Origin: Botryllus schlosseri
Taxonomy: Eukaryota
NCBI GenBank assembly: GCA_051294905.1
Contig: CM119378.1
Coordinates: forward strand, 620,001-684,000
Direction: 5' to 3'
Length of the DNA stretch: 64,000 nt
Shown here: positions 11,701-24,829 of the stretch, piece by piece
Position numbering within the stretch: the first letter of the stretch is position 1
Layout: every line of letters begins with the position of its first letter
Position numbers and translations under genes: made by a program
The notes under the pieces: model-generated
What the model was told of the DNA's origin: nothing
Seen by the model: only the letters and a program-made list of their open reading frames with translations
The model's database searches: none

Positions 11701-14700
11701 TATAGTTTAGAAACTTGGTTGTATTGAGGTTGACCAGCAGTTTATCAAATCTCAACAATGTTTCTGACGCGTGTACCATATCCTCAAATCAATGGTTGGT
11801 TGGTTGGTTTTGAATAAAAAAAATATATACGTTCCACATCTTCACTATATAATCAAATACCAATATTGCATTTTGGTTTATAATCCCAATTTTATATAGT
11901 GCGGCATAGGCGAATGGATTTAGATGTTGAATACTCGGTCCACGATGGTATTTCTTTACAAACTGGGTATTTAATTAATGAGGACGATCCACTTATATAT
12001 TATATCCATATTTCTTCGGTCACTAAATGACAGTGGTTCTCAAACTGGGGGGCGTGAAAGCATCGAAAGGAGGCGCGAGGCCGCAGTAAACTAAAAAACT
12101 TTTCGAGCCCCGGACGATTTGTCTCTATAGTACATGGTTATTGCTATTGTCCATATTTCATATATGATAATTGTCTCGTCTACAGCCATAACCTTCAATA
12201 CCATCAACCTATCCGCTGGGATTGCTAGCATTCTGATTTATCTCTTGGATATTTTGCGATATCATAATAAAGGGGTGCGAAAATTTTCACTATCATAAAG
12301 GGGGGCTTGTCTAATGTAGTTCAAGACCCACTGCCATATGAATAATTACAATATATTAGTTTCTTTTGGCTAATAATCTCAATTTATTATAGTGCGGCCC
12401 GCGAATGGATTTAGATGTTGAATGCGGCCCGCGAGCCCAAAAGTTTGCCCATCCCTGCTCTAGCATCTCTTACATATTCGTCTGATTACTAATAGTTAAA
12501 TTGCTCAGCTCACATAAGCATTAAACACATTGTGATCAGTATTTCTCGATCCGTACATTTGGCCATCGGTGTTGTGCTGATAACAAAATTGGGGGTATGA
12601 CGAATACCCACAATTCGGTAATTATATACGGAGAAAGGCGCGGTATATCCAGCTTACTCGGGTTTGGCGCATCTTTATGAACATATGGATAGTTTGAGAA
12701 GGTGTTGCCAACCAGGCAACAAATATTAATTCTGTGAACGATTACCGTAAAATTACGTGAATTCAGCCAATAGCAGTGTCATAGCATCTTATGAATTACA
12801 TCAGAGTCGAGCTACTTTCCGCACAGTCGGCTCCGGCTCCACCTGAATTTTATTTAAAGCTCCGACTCCGCTGAAAATGCACTGCTCCAGGGCTCCGGCT
12901 TCAAAGCCCTGGTTCCAGTTGCTCATTTTAGAAATACATTGGTTTGTACAAGTCTGATGGGTGCATTCACCTGAACAACGTGATGTAGGCTAGGCCCTAC
13001 GTCTGCTGTTATAACATTGATGATGCTGACCAGCATAGGCGTGCGGTGTTAGGAAGGCGACATAAACAAAAACAGTCTGCCAGCCATGCGACGGAGTGCC
13101 ACCAGCTGTAGCGTAACCGACATACTTACAGAAATATGTTTCAGGGATTACGACTACAGGTGCCAATGCAACATCAAATCTCTGGACGAGCTTTTCCCTT
13201 CTGGTGAAAAGTCATCAACTGGCTGTTATCGTGACGGGACTTGCGACCGTGATGGTGGTAGCTGTCGCGACTCCGGTTGGCATTTCAGTGGGTAAGTCTC
13301 CCTATCACATCATTGGGACGTATTTCTAAACATCTCGAAACACTCCTAATCCAGGGATTTTCAACCCATTTGCTATGATCCAGCAGCAGGTAATGGCACT
13401 GATTTCAATGGACCACAGAGTTTGCATGGTATACAGTTGCGTATGTTTGTCTAATGTGGATTATGATCAGAGGTGGTCAGTAACGAAGTACTTCTACTTT
13501 TTTGAAGTACTATAGTAGTTTTCCGCTACTTGGGTACTTACTCAAGTAGATATAACTTCCCGCTACTTCTACTTCGTAATATTTTGTGATCTACTTACTT
13601 ACATTTCGCTATTTTCAGTTTGTCAAGTAGAAGTAGTTTAATCGTCCAATCAAAGATAGCCTGAGGAATTTCGGAGCTGTTTTCACGGAGTATCAAAATT
13701 TAGCTTTCATAAAAGATTAGTAGAGCCAAGAATTTTCAGGGCGCTTCGAGCACAGTTGACTGATATGATTCACGAACGTATCGGTGAATATGTAGCGGGT
13801 TATGTGGTTCCGTTCACACCGCATAGTCGCCCACTCGCCCATATGAAATATTTCATCACTGTAATTATGGCCCATCATAGCGTTTGAAACTGCCATTTCG
13901 CGATCTAGCATTTACCTATCATATCGTAATCTAGCAGCCCATGGCGTGTTCTAATCTGGAAAAGTGGACTCAGGCTTGTTCTCATAGCCTTACACATGTT
14001 TTAGCAGACCACTGTTGAAATTTTCTGGATTAAAGACAGGAAATATATTTTCCGCTTTTTAGAAGTAGTATTTATATTTCTCTTTCAATTCACACTATCA
14101 TACTTTGAGAACTAATTAGTTTCAGTTATTTTGTCTGGAGAACATACCTGTTGAAGTTTAGAAGCCAGTGTAGTAATGCCTCTATTTTCCAAAAATAAAG
14201 CTACACTATGTGGCATTTTTATGATCAGCCATATTTTTTATTAACGTTTACTAGTCGCGCAAATAGTTAACACCGTATCCGACACCACTTCTCCGTGTTG
14301 CTCTTCGACCAAACTGCGGGCCTTATCATATAGGGGAGGGCGGCATGCCATGATATTTTTTTCTAAATCGGCATATTCGAGTAAACAGAGTATTAGTATC
14401 GCATTCCCATATCAATGCTACCATTTTCATCCCATGATGCGGACGAATGCTTATGCTGTCGAGAATTTATACCTCCTGGAATGCATCAATATGAATCAGG
14501 CTCTGCACCTTTCGCATAGCTCAATTTGCAGCCATTAAGACTCTAAAACAGTGGTTCTCTAACTTTTTTAGGCACTCCTTCCTTTATCATAGTGAACAAT
14601 TTCGCGCCCCCTTATCATGATATCACAAAATATTTAAAAGTGCAACCAAAATGCTAGCAATCTCAAAGGATAGTTTGATGGCATGGAAGATTATGGCTGT

Positions 14701-17481
14701 TGATGAGAGAATTCTGAAATATCGAAGTCGGACAATACACAACAATAACTATAAGCTGGGTGTATATCGAGCAAAGAGCGATAAAATATTTTATCGAACT
14801 TTGGTTTCGTGCCACCTGTGTGATGCTTTCACGCCTGCAGTTCGAGAACCACTGCACTGAAATCTCTATGCAATAGTACAAAGCTTATTTTCTTGGTCGC
14901 TGTCTTCCGAGCAGTGTGCAGCTTAAATAGCCTTTATCTTGAGCCAAACTTGCAGTTTTTCTGAACTTAGCCGAGTCTTGACCGAGTGTTTCGTGTTCTT
15001 GTCATTAGATCGATTGTAATTCAAATCCTTAATCTCGGCGACATGCTCGGCAAAAACTGAAAGGGCGAGTTTACCCCTGACTCCAGTATACAAATATTTA
15101 ATGCTCTAAATTCTAAATCTTCTTTGATTTTCAGTTTTCGGCATTCTTTTTTTGGCATGCCCGTTAATCCTTTGTGGGTGATAGATATGATGAGTCATGT
15201 ATACTAATCGTGAGCACTGATTGACTTGTTTTGCGAATTGGGGATTTGAAACACACACCGTATAATGCGTAATGGGACAATGGTAACATGGAAGGTTTGA
15301 ACTCAACTATATGGAAAGAGTAATTTCTTGTGACTTCAATTGCTACTCACTCTTTGCCACATTGTCTTTGTTTTGAATCTGTATTATGCATGCGAGGTAC
15401 GTAGGCAGCGTATTCGTGGCATATTAATGAGAAGGCTCCAAAGTAAACGAATTTCCTATTCATTTGATACAGTTTTAGTCATTCAAAAAGCAAGTTTTTT
15501 GCTTTGAATTCCAAGCAACCTTTTGCGGGTCGCACAGAACAACTTCGCAGGCCCCATTTGGCCCATGGGACGCACTTTGTCCAGATCTGGTATAAGCGAA
15601 CAAATTACGATCCTTTTCGCAACTACTTACTTACTTGAGTAGATTTAAAGTCCGTCAATTCTACTTCTACTTCAAGTAGTTTTAGGCTGCTTTTAAAAGG
15701 ACTACTTCTTCTCGTACTTGAGTGGATTTTGGCGTCACTACTTTCTCGACTAGTTGAGTAGCTTTCTTGACTTCTTTGACCACCTCTGATTATGATATTA
15801 TAGATATGAACTGGCAGCAGACCACCTTGGTTCTCTAAAACTGAATTCAAATCCGACTTTACAGAGCTTAGCAGAGATGCTCTTTCATGCTTGTGGAGGA
15901 ATCCACTTCGTGTTGTTGCTGTTGAGCAACTAGTTGACGAGTTGCGACATAAACTATACAAATGACCCTAGAAATGACTTATGTTGTCGACGACTATTAC
16001 CAGATGTGCATGTCATTGAATTCTAAACCCGAGTGTCATAATCATATCCACAAATCTGCAAAAATTATTTCATGAAGCTATATACTGTATTTCACCACGT
16101 CCACAACGTGGTTGAGTATGTCGGCATAATGTTCAAAGCGCACCGCTCAGTACCCCCTCTCATTAACTGCATCCTGAATAGAAAGACGTGTGGGTAAAAT
16201 ACATCAACCTTCTCATAAAATTTGAGGCATTTTCATTAATATATTACGTTGTTAAAAGTTGGTGTTTTACATTGAACGTTGAGGGGCCAACAACAATATG
16301 TTTACTAATTTATTGAGCAAAAATAGGTTGGAAATCCCTGGTCGACTAATATTCCATCACTCCTTGGTAGACTAACAAATTGAAATTTTTACACAGCATC
16401 TCAAACGGCGAATGCGCAAGGTCAAAGTGGCGTGTTACCCACTCTAATGACATCGAGCATCGGAACCACGGGTACAGTCGAGGTCTCAGCAGACAATGCA
16501 ATTGTCGACGATGAAGCGATAACCAACTCTATTGTAAAGTCATCTACAGCTAACGTACGGACAGGTTCCATGACTATGTCATTTCAGTATTCTGCCCGAC
16601 CTACTGGGATAGAAAACACTTCGCCTCGGTCCGCCACAACAGAACAGGCTTCGACAACTGCACAGCCTGCTATTACCAACCAGTCTTCCACGACTACCCA
16701 ATCCACGACAACTACCACGACAACTGCACAACGTTCAACAACTGCACAGCCCACAACAACCACCCAGCCTACCGCGACTACCCAACATAACACAACCACG
16801 CAGCCTGTCACAACCACCCAGCCTTCTACAACGACCCAGTCTACCACGACTACCCAACCTACTGCTACTACTACAACAACAACAACTACCACGACTACCC
16901 AACCTACTACTACAACTACCACGACCACTCAGCCTACTACAACCACCCAGCCTACCACGACCGCACAACCTGTTACAACCACCCAGCCTACTACAACTAC
17001 TCAGCCTACTACAACCACCCAGCCTACTACGACCACCCAGCCAACTACAACAACGCAGCCAACAACAACCACCCAGCCTACTACGACCACCCAGCCTACT
17101 ACAACTGCCCAGCCTATCACGACCACACAGCCAGCTACAACAACGCAGCCAACAACAACCACCCAGCCTACTACGACCACCCAGCCTACTACAACAACGC
17201 AGCCAACTACAACTACCCAGCCTACCACGACTACGCAGCCAACTACAACAACGCAGCCTACTACAACCACCCAACCTACCACGACTACAGAGCCTACTAC
17301 AACTACAACTACTACGACTACAACTACTACAACAACTACAACAACAACGACAACTACTGCAAGTACGACACCGTGGCCAGGATATGACCCGAATGACAGG
17401 AGGCGAAAACGCAGTCTGCTCGACAGCATTTACTATCATAGAATCAAAAAGCGTAGAGCTGAAATTCTCAGAAAAGCCTAA
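5723..17481 (+). CDS. Type II single-pass membrane mucin-like protein A (~493 aa; start codon uncertain)
   Basis: Exons 5705/5723-5788, 6432-6518, 6815-6911 (or 6908), 13145-13291, 16397-17481 with AG acceptors and GT (or one GC) donors, phases 0,0,1,1, joining into one frame. Acidic N-terminus (MEPENVAEGKD...), one hydrophobic segment LAVIVTGLATVMVVAVATPVGISV, long Thr-rich QPTTTT stalk, C-terminal RRRKR plus basic tail. AATAAA at 17534-17539. An acceptor at 5703-5704 implies an unidentified upstream exon. Confidence 0.72.
7039..7196 (+). repeat. 5' LTR
   Basis: TGTGGTGATCG...CGATTCACAGCA; direct repeat of 10905-11062; AATAAA at 7154-7159. Confidence 0.95.
7198..7217 (+). promoter_or_regulatory. 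Self-complementary primer-binding site (non-tRNA)
   Basis: TTTTATTAACTAAGACAAAC is the exact reverse complement of LTR positions 7141-7160; no TGG-initiated tRNA PBS follows the LTR. Confidence 0.8.
7224..10858 (+). pseudogene. Gypsy gag-pol polyprotein with one frameshift and one premature stop
   Basis: Gag with two Zn knuckles (CTFCGGTHAAKRDQC, CYKCGRLGHFRKFC); protease LDSGA; RT (DLKSAYHQ, LPFG, YLDD); RNase H (CDAS, EKEALAI, TDQ, ADTLSR); integrase (HAQLGH...YRVC, IDFKGP, HSD, CER). Frame shifts at ~8578 (KLL|VIEPSHSPWRAQ). An in-frame TGA at 10502-10504 separates ORF 8630-10504 from its same-frame tail ending 10858. Confidence 0.93.
10905..11062 (+). repeat. 3' LTR
   Basis: 155/158 identical to the 5' LTR by eye; ends CACAACA; AATAAA at 11020-11025. 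Confidence 0.95.
11109..12457. mobile_element. Non-autonomous hAT-type element (same family as 38197-39234)
   Basis: TIR CAGGGGTGGGCAAAC/GTTTGCCCATCCCTG; internal similarity to 38197-39234; degenerate TSD CTGTAGCG/CTCTAGCA; nested CAGTGG...CCACTG insert at 12031-12333. Confidence 0.8.
13468..15788. mobile_element. hAT-type element with AAGTA/TACTT subterminal repeats and nested inserts
   Basis: TIR CAGAGGTGGTCA/TGACCACCTCTG; perfect 8-bp TSD ATTATGAT (13460-13467, 15789-15796). Related ends occur near 36258 and 53172. Confidence 0.85.
16747..17360 (+). repeat. Coding minisatellite (18-bp unit, QPTTTT) plus poly-Thr ACN runs
   Basis: Repeated CAGCCWACNACNACNACN units in the last exon of gene A. 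Confidence 0.95.
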
Positions 17482-19159
17482 ATGCTGTATCATTGGCGGG
17501 TGGATACAAGTTTTCGAATTATATTTCTATATAAATAAATGAAAATCTTTCTCCGTGTGTCTGTCTGTGACTCGTATTGTTCCCTGTGTTTTCTGCGGTA
17601 ATTTTTTCGCAAGGAGATGATGTCCGACATGCCACCAGCGATCTTTAACAACACTCCACCACCATCTAAGAATCTCCAACCATTTGAGGAATAAAATCTA
17701 TAATTTTTCTACTCAGATCCATCATTTTATTCAACAGGTTTGATTACAATCTAATAGTTATCATTATCCGCAAATACGATAAATATGTGCTTACTGTCAC
17801 CGTTTTCGATTGCGTTACGTCTGACTGTGTCGATGTCACACTAATAACCGTCGTGGTTTTGTTGGTTTGACAGGACAACAATTACAGTGCTCTACACTGT
17901 AAAAAATAATCATGGGTGTACCCATTGTCTAGACCTGGTCCCACCTGAGTCATGTCGACATGGAAAATGTCCATGACAACTTGTCGACATCCATGTAGAC
18001 CTGTTGACATCCATGTTCCTACCCATGTCCTAATAATGATTAAAATTGACCTTTCACCTCGACCAATGTACACATAATCTGTGGTTAGATGTATTTGGCT
18101 GTATTTGACATCTGGAATGTTTGCAAGAAAATCTGCGACAAAGTTCCATACTCTTGCTGACGGTGGCGCAAACTTGATATTCAAACTCCAATATGACGCC
18201 AATGCATATGATGGAAACACATTATTCCAGCGACAGATTCCCCATCGAAAAGGATTGTCCACTTTTTCTGAAGAGTATCGAACTTCATCGTCGGGTAGAC
18301 ATTCTTCGGATCCTATATTGAATATGAATGTCATTACCATTCATGCACTTTTCAAGGCACACGAGTTGATAGAATATATATCAATAGTTTTCAAGGTGCA
18401 TAGGTGAGGTTGGGTTTTATATACCCGGTGCTCAGGATTGTTGGGTTACCTACACTTGTGACAGTCAAGGCATGGTGTGATATGGTATGGAAGTATGGTA
18501 TGGGAAGAAATTGCGGCATCGAATATGGAAATGTGCAAGTATGGTATGGTATAAGTTTCCCAAGTATGGTGTGGAATGTTTTATCCATATACTTCCATAC
18601 TTTTTCCATACTCTGACAGTTTTGCCAAAACCATGACAATGATCCTATTTTCGATTTGTTAAATTAATTACATACCCCAGGAAATCGCTCACTGTCTGGT
18701 GCAGTGGCTCTCAACCGGTGTGCCGCGGCACACTAGTGTGACATTTACGTCTCGCAAGTGTGCGATTTCTTCGGAATTTTGAAATAATGCGCAAAATAAT
18801 TCTAGTCCATAGCAAACCATCAATAATTTAAATCGAGCTTGATGTGAAGATTGTACATTTGATTAATCAAAATTGATATTATGCCCGCATATCCCCCTGG
18901 AATTCGATTTACCGGACAGATCGCGTGCCTTGAAGGCTAAATTCAGTTTTGCACTGCACAATACGTTGATTGATCGCAGAGAAGAGCAGATATGGAGGCG
19001 CCTGTATAACAATGCAGTTTTCTAATCCTCATTGTGTGCCTAATCACCAGCGAGAAATGAACTCCTTTTATTTGGAACTGACGTTCGCGCTTACAAATTC
19101 GAATTACAATCATGGCTATCAATCCACACTGTGATTGTTTGGTATTGTGCCGGCACTTC

Positions 19160-19597
19160 CGCGTCCACGTCGTCCAAATATCAAATGATCGACCGAAAAG
19201 ATCATCGCTCCATCAAATATGCCGGGCCTGATGTGTGGAACAGTATCCCGCCAGCCATCCGACAGTCGACGAGCATGTCCACATTCAAGTCGAAATACAA
19301 GCAATTACTACTAAATAAATACAGTCCATCCTCAAGATTACCGGACCACGACTGACCTATCGATCTCGCTTCCCATGACATGCCGCCCTATTTCTTGTCG
19401 CATTCTTTTTTCTATACTATCTTCTTTACTTTCATTCAGTGTGCATGCCTCCTCTTTACATCGCCTAGGCCAAGGTGGGTGTCAGATTCCATAGACTACT
19501 CCTTGTCGCTTCGACATCTTCCTGTCTTTTCATTGTATCGCATTTTTGTGGTGTATTGAACTGATAAAATTGCTAATAAACCAATGATGATGATGAT
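19160..19597 (+). mobile_element. Short 5'-truncated LINE copy (3' end of the family at 29485-30555)
   Basis: Near-identical to 30120-30555, including ORF end (...RLPDHD*), 3' UTR and (GAT)n tail. Confidence 0.92.
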
Positions 19598-21916
19598 TCC
19601 GTTAAAATGTTGGCTTGTAGCACAACGTTGTAATACTGTCGACGAATATGAGAATTGAGAAGTAAGGTTGATCAATTTATGTTAGTTAACAAATCTCTTC
19701 GATGCTGAGGTTATAATCTTGGTTTGTTGGAAGTATAACTGAACTGCGGGTGGCCGCTTGTAGAACTTTTGAAGTATGGCCATCCTCACGCATGCTACCA
19801 CGATCTGCGTGAAAATGCTTTGTAAGCCTCCATATTCGTTAGAGGTGATCGTGCTTGACCTCTTCGACCCAATGCGGCAGTGGACAATGCGCATGTTTAT
19901 TGTCCTTCCAATTCTTATGAAATAGTATTTGAGGGTAGCCCGAATTTTCTGTGAAGTCGTATATCAAATTGACCCTTTTTACTTTCGTCTGAATAGGCCC
20001 TGTTTGTTGTAATCACCTAAATCACGAAGTAACGATATTCTAGCCCGAGAAAAACGACCACTTTCTATCGCGACTTAGTAAGCAATGAGACGGACGCTTT
20101 ACGTACAAAAGATTACCTTTAGAATTATTAAAATGGAGAAGTTTATTTTAAAAAAAAGGTTGTAGAAGCATTTTGGATTGACTGCAGAGGTGGTCGCATT
20201 AGTCGGCGTTACTACTGGGTGCTAATAAGTATCCTGGTAGTTTGCAGGCGCCGTAAGCCAAAAAAGTTCAGAATCACTGTGACGGTGTGCCGCGAATTAT
20301 AATTATTTCCGAAGGGTGCCGCGAGGTCAAAAAGGTTGAGAATCACTGGTCTAGTGTATAAGTGCCTATTAGGGATGGTGTGAACGTGAGGTTCTCGTTC
20401 GCGTTCTGTGTGTGAACTTCTGAAATTAAGAGGTTCACGTTCACAAACGAACCTTGGTAGGTTCTGCACTGTGAACCTTATTCATATATTACAATTTTCA
20501 CGTCAATATAACATCTTTGGTTGAAATTTATTGCATTTAAACTGCGAGCCACTCTATGCATGGCGCTGGCAGCATAAAAAATCAACACTGAACGAGCGTG
20601 TAGCTTGACAATCTCAAAAGTTTTACTTGCTTTGTTCCAAAGTTTGCTCGAAATATCCAGCTTTCCATCTGTGAATATTTAGTGACTCTCTGCTGTGAAC
20701 TTGACCCGCAATCACACAACACCAAGAGCGAAATACGCTACATGTAGGTAGTCAGGGAATGACGCTTTTTCAACCAATCAAAGAAATTGATATCGTTGTC
20801 TGATGTAAATAATCTAGCAGGCGTACGGAGTCCATCTTGATTTCATATGTTAATTGTATCATAAAAACCAAATCCGTGCGAGAGGGGTGTTGGCTACTGC
20901 TGTATAACTTGTTAATTGGGTATAATATCGCTCGAAAGTATATAGAAACCCGTTTTACACTCTGCTCAATATCAACGTAGCAACACCCAGACGCCAAATA
21001 CATTGTCCGGTCTGGCCTTGACCGTAAAGGCGTAAGCTTATATTCCCTTGCAGGTCCTGGTCGAAATTGATGGCAAAGAGACGGAGGGTATTGATTACAT
21101 GGTATATTATATCATTCTCAAAAATCGGTGAACTTTTCCCATACTTTGTGATCGGTTGACAAAAAAAAAAGTCATCTTTTCGCTCAGAGCTCAAAATACC
21201 GTTTGAGCGTCACTGCTGTGGTAATTTACGGCATATCACTCGCATTTTGCTCTAAATATGACCTAAATTTTCAAAAAAGAGGACAAAATCTCAAAAAATA
21301 GGACAAAAGGGCGTCCTCCGAGGACACTTTCAAAAAAGTCAAAAAAGAGGACAAATCCTCTTTAAAGAGGACGTATGGTAACCCTACAATGTGGCCCGAG
21401 TCGTCGCTAGGTATCGTGTACACCAGTGCTCTTCAACCGGGGTGGTCGTACACCCTAGGGTGTACCAGAATTCGCAAAGGGTGTACCACTCGGATGGGGT
21501 GTACAGGGGTGTACCAGATCCGAGTAACAATGAGCCGATGGCTAGCTATCACAAATGCCGCTGTATAGGTCAGTACAGACAGGTTGACGCACAGGTTAAC
21601 GAGCAATATGGTACAATGTTATCTCAAGTGTAATACTGTACACCGCTTCATTGTGATGTCATAAGCAAATATTTCTTCTATTCATTTAGCCGTCGGCAAT
21701 AGACCAATGGTTCCGTTTGGTGTTGTAAAGTATGCAGTTAACAAAAATGTGTTCAGCTAGTCATTTGTATTTTATTGATTTGTGAGGAAACCGCCGCGAT
21801 AGCTCAGACTTTTTGAATCCGTGCTTCCTACCCGATGCTAATAAATACCGCAATGCACATAAATGAAGTGACGTAGCTAGCCAGGGTCGAAACAGCTTCC
21901 ATATTGAAGTCGAAAC

Positions 21917-23192
21917 TAGGGTTAGTTCGGATATCAATAATTTTCACTATCCGGATAACGGATATATCTGGATATTTGGAATTTATCTAACCGGTTAACC
22001 GGATAGTAACTTCTAAGTTAATTAATCGATTTCACGAGGTCTGCATGTAAAACGGATCGCAAAATCATTACACGGTGTTATTGTAGAGTAGACTTATACG
22101 TACACACGCAGTACGAGCGAATACGAGAAAAACCAGGCAAATTTAATGTTCCCTGCTTCTGCAACGCCCTCCTTATAAAGCACAATGCATCATTTTTGGC
22201 ATCCTCCAGCCGGGACCGGAATTGTCTAACAAAATGTACACATGCATTGAATGCTCTTTCAGCTTCCACAGAAGTGGGCTGAATAGTAAGCAAGCATCGC
22301 TTCGTAGAGAGTCTAAAGGTTGCCAGGTCGTTACGTAAACTTCAACAACAGTGAGTAGCTGATACTGGAATTGATGCCGACATGATACATCGCTCTAATT
22401 CCTCCGTGAGAAATTCACGTGATCAGGCACGCAGCCAGCCGAAAATTAAGGGGCGGGGTGTTTGAAATAAAATGAGGGGGTTTCGATTTTTTTCGAATTA
22501 AGTATCATTGGAAATCAATTACGCTTGCACGCACGCACGTCGCACATGTCTGCGAACATTCAATGTCACTCAGTTTCGCGATGTCACATTCACAATCGCT
22601 AATCAGAATACACTTAACGGCATATCGTCACCAAGTCATCTAAAGATAGGATCCAACACATGCTAGGTCCGGGACGCGATGGTTAGGCCAGAGATGATAT
22701 CTTTCGTAGGCCTAATGCAGATGCGATTTTGTAGGTCAGCGATAATATCGTGAGCACCAAGCCAATGCAGATGCGATTGTGAAGGTCAGCGATGGAATCG
22801 TGTGCACTGTGCACACTGCACAGGGTCTATTGCAGATGCAATTCTTCCATCCAGAGGAACTATAGCCTTGTTGAAGACGCGATAAATCAGGCCAGAGAAG
22901 ATGCCCGAGTGCGCGACAATCAATGACCTAAATTAACGATCTTCTCAGCAGGATATCGCGTCGCGTCTCATTGTGCAATGTGCACAGACGCACATAGCTA
23001 ATTGGCAACACGCTTCTCGCTAATCGGCCGCGCGCAACACTGATGCGACTTATTGAAGTTTACTTAAAAGTGTAAAACGGATTAGAAACGATACTCTTTT
23101 ATCCGGTTAACCTGCCGAATTATATCCGGATATCAGATATTAAAAATACCTGCGGTTAACCGGTTAACCGTTATCCGGATAGTCCAACCCTA
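21917..23192 (-). mobile_element. Internally deleted hAT transposon retaining a transposase dimerization-domain fragment
   Basis: TIR TAGGGTT/AACCCTA; perfect TSD GTCGAAAC; CCGGTTAA/CCGGATA subterminal repeats; minus-strand peptide LTIQPTSVEAERAF...RSRLED...LCFIR at ~22170-22293. Confidence 0.9.
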
Positions 23193-23550
23193 GTCGAAAC
23201 CCTTTTGTTTTAAAATGCCGATTGTATATGTCCAATCTTTCGCCATACATCTGCAATCTAGTATTTTGTTATAAGTGATGTAAATTAGCGACAATAGACT
23301 GTGTATAGCGGCATACGATCTGAGGTTACTGACATCTCTTGCAGCCCATGTGCTACTATCGACTGTGTGTGGTGTGTGGCAGGCCTGATGCGCAGTAGGC
23401 TGGTGCGCCTGCTATCATCGCTGATCTGAATTACCGCTTCTGCAGCAGTAGCTTTACCTACTCTCCCCCCAATACTATTACATTTAGGTTGATTATCGTT
23501 CGTTATATCATGCTGTTTTTGCTCTGACACGAAATAAATTCCAATTTGCG

Positions 23551-23981
23551 TAGGGTTACCATACGTCCTCTTTTAAGAGGATTTGTCCTCTTTTTTGACT
23601 TTTTTGAAAGTGTCCTCGGAGGACGCCCTTTTGTCTTCTTTTTTTGAGATTTTGTCCTCTTTTTTGAAAATTTAGGTCAGATTTAGAGCAAATTGATATG
23701 CCGTAAATCAGCACAGAAGTGACGCTCCGGCGGGTATTTCGGAGTGAAAAACTGTGATTTTAGCTCTGAGTGAAAAGTTGACCTTTTTTTAGTCATCCAC
23801 CTAGCAATGCGGAGAGAAAAACGATATTTTGAGCTCTGAGCGGAAAGATGACCTTTTTTTAGTCAATTGATCACCAAGTGGGAAATATTCACCGGTTTTT
23901 TAGAATTCTTCTCCGGTTTTGCAAGTCTCAAATTTCTGAAAAAGTGTTCTCTTTTTAGATTTCCAAAATATCGTAAGCCTA
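23551..23981. mobile_element. MITE, TAGGGTTACCATACGTCCTC family
   Basis: Perfect TSD AATTTGCG; further copies at 3388-3802, ~21130-21386 (inverted) and ~49550-49879. Confidence 0.88.
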
Positions 23982-24829
23982 AATTTGCGTGGCGGGCTGC
24001 CTAACTGGCTGCGAATAGAGTCTGTGACCAAATACTATTTTATTCAAATCCATTTTTTTTTTTGACGGCAATACCTCCGCTTCTACTGGTCGGAATTGAA
24101 CCAAATTTGAAGAACATAGTTTTTATAGACAACCTAATACTTTCATGGGGTGAACAGAAAAATTTCAAATTTTTCGTTATTTATTTTTGTATAGTAAATA
24201 GAAACTTTCCTCTCCCGTAGCAAGGCGGCTACTAGTTGGAATTGAACCAAATTTGGTGTGTAGGCTTAAGTTAGGTAACCTAACAATTTTATCAAGTAGC
24301 CAGTACGATTTGAGAAAAATAGTCATGTTTGAAGACCCCTAATGAACAGGGGTGTACGAGTTTTGAGCAAACCTTAAAAGGGTGTACCACGTCGAGAAAG
24401 GTTGAAGAGCACTGGTGTACACTGTACAGTAGGGTTGTTCAGAATTTGGAAAATGTTTGAAATACTAGGTATCCATGGCTTATTCTGTAGGTTCTTGTTA
24501 AAAAACAATAATGGGCCTGAAAGAAGCTCGCAGGAAAGTCGGTAAGATTTGTCTAAATGCGTTTGAAAGTCGTTGTTGAAGAGTGGGTGGGCACCGACAG
24601 CAGAATTACGAAAAGGCGGGAAATCACGAAGCACGGTTTTTGATTGGGTAATCGGCTAAGCTTCAATGATTACTGCAACAGCTGACTCGGATTAGGGTGC
24701 TTGGCTTTACTAAATTAAAAGTATGTTTTGTTGAGGTCGAGTCTGTCGGCTGTGGTTCTGTAAAAGCGCGTTGTGGGTTGATGAGTCATTAGTAGTAGCC
24801 TACTGTAACACGTGTTCTTTGACCCCTCC

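Larger units (their letters stand above)
21424..24414. mobile_element. hAT-type element hosting two nested elements
   Basis: TIR CAGTGCTCTTCAACC/GGTTGAAGAGCACTG; perfect TSD GTGTACAC (21416-21423, 24415-24422). Confidence 0.88.

Noticed and set aside
13086..13295. Cys-rich ORF resembling a small disulfide domain
   Set aside because: Splice phases select another frame that encodes the TM exon of gene A.
16584..17493. Minus-strand ORFs (poly-Val/Gly-Trp and Cys/Arg/Ser repeats, up to 252 aa)
   Set aside because: Antisense shadows of the ACN-rich mucin minisatellite; the same applies to 33968-34306.
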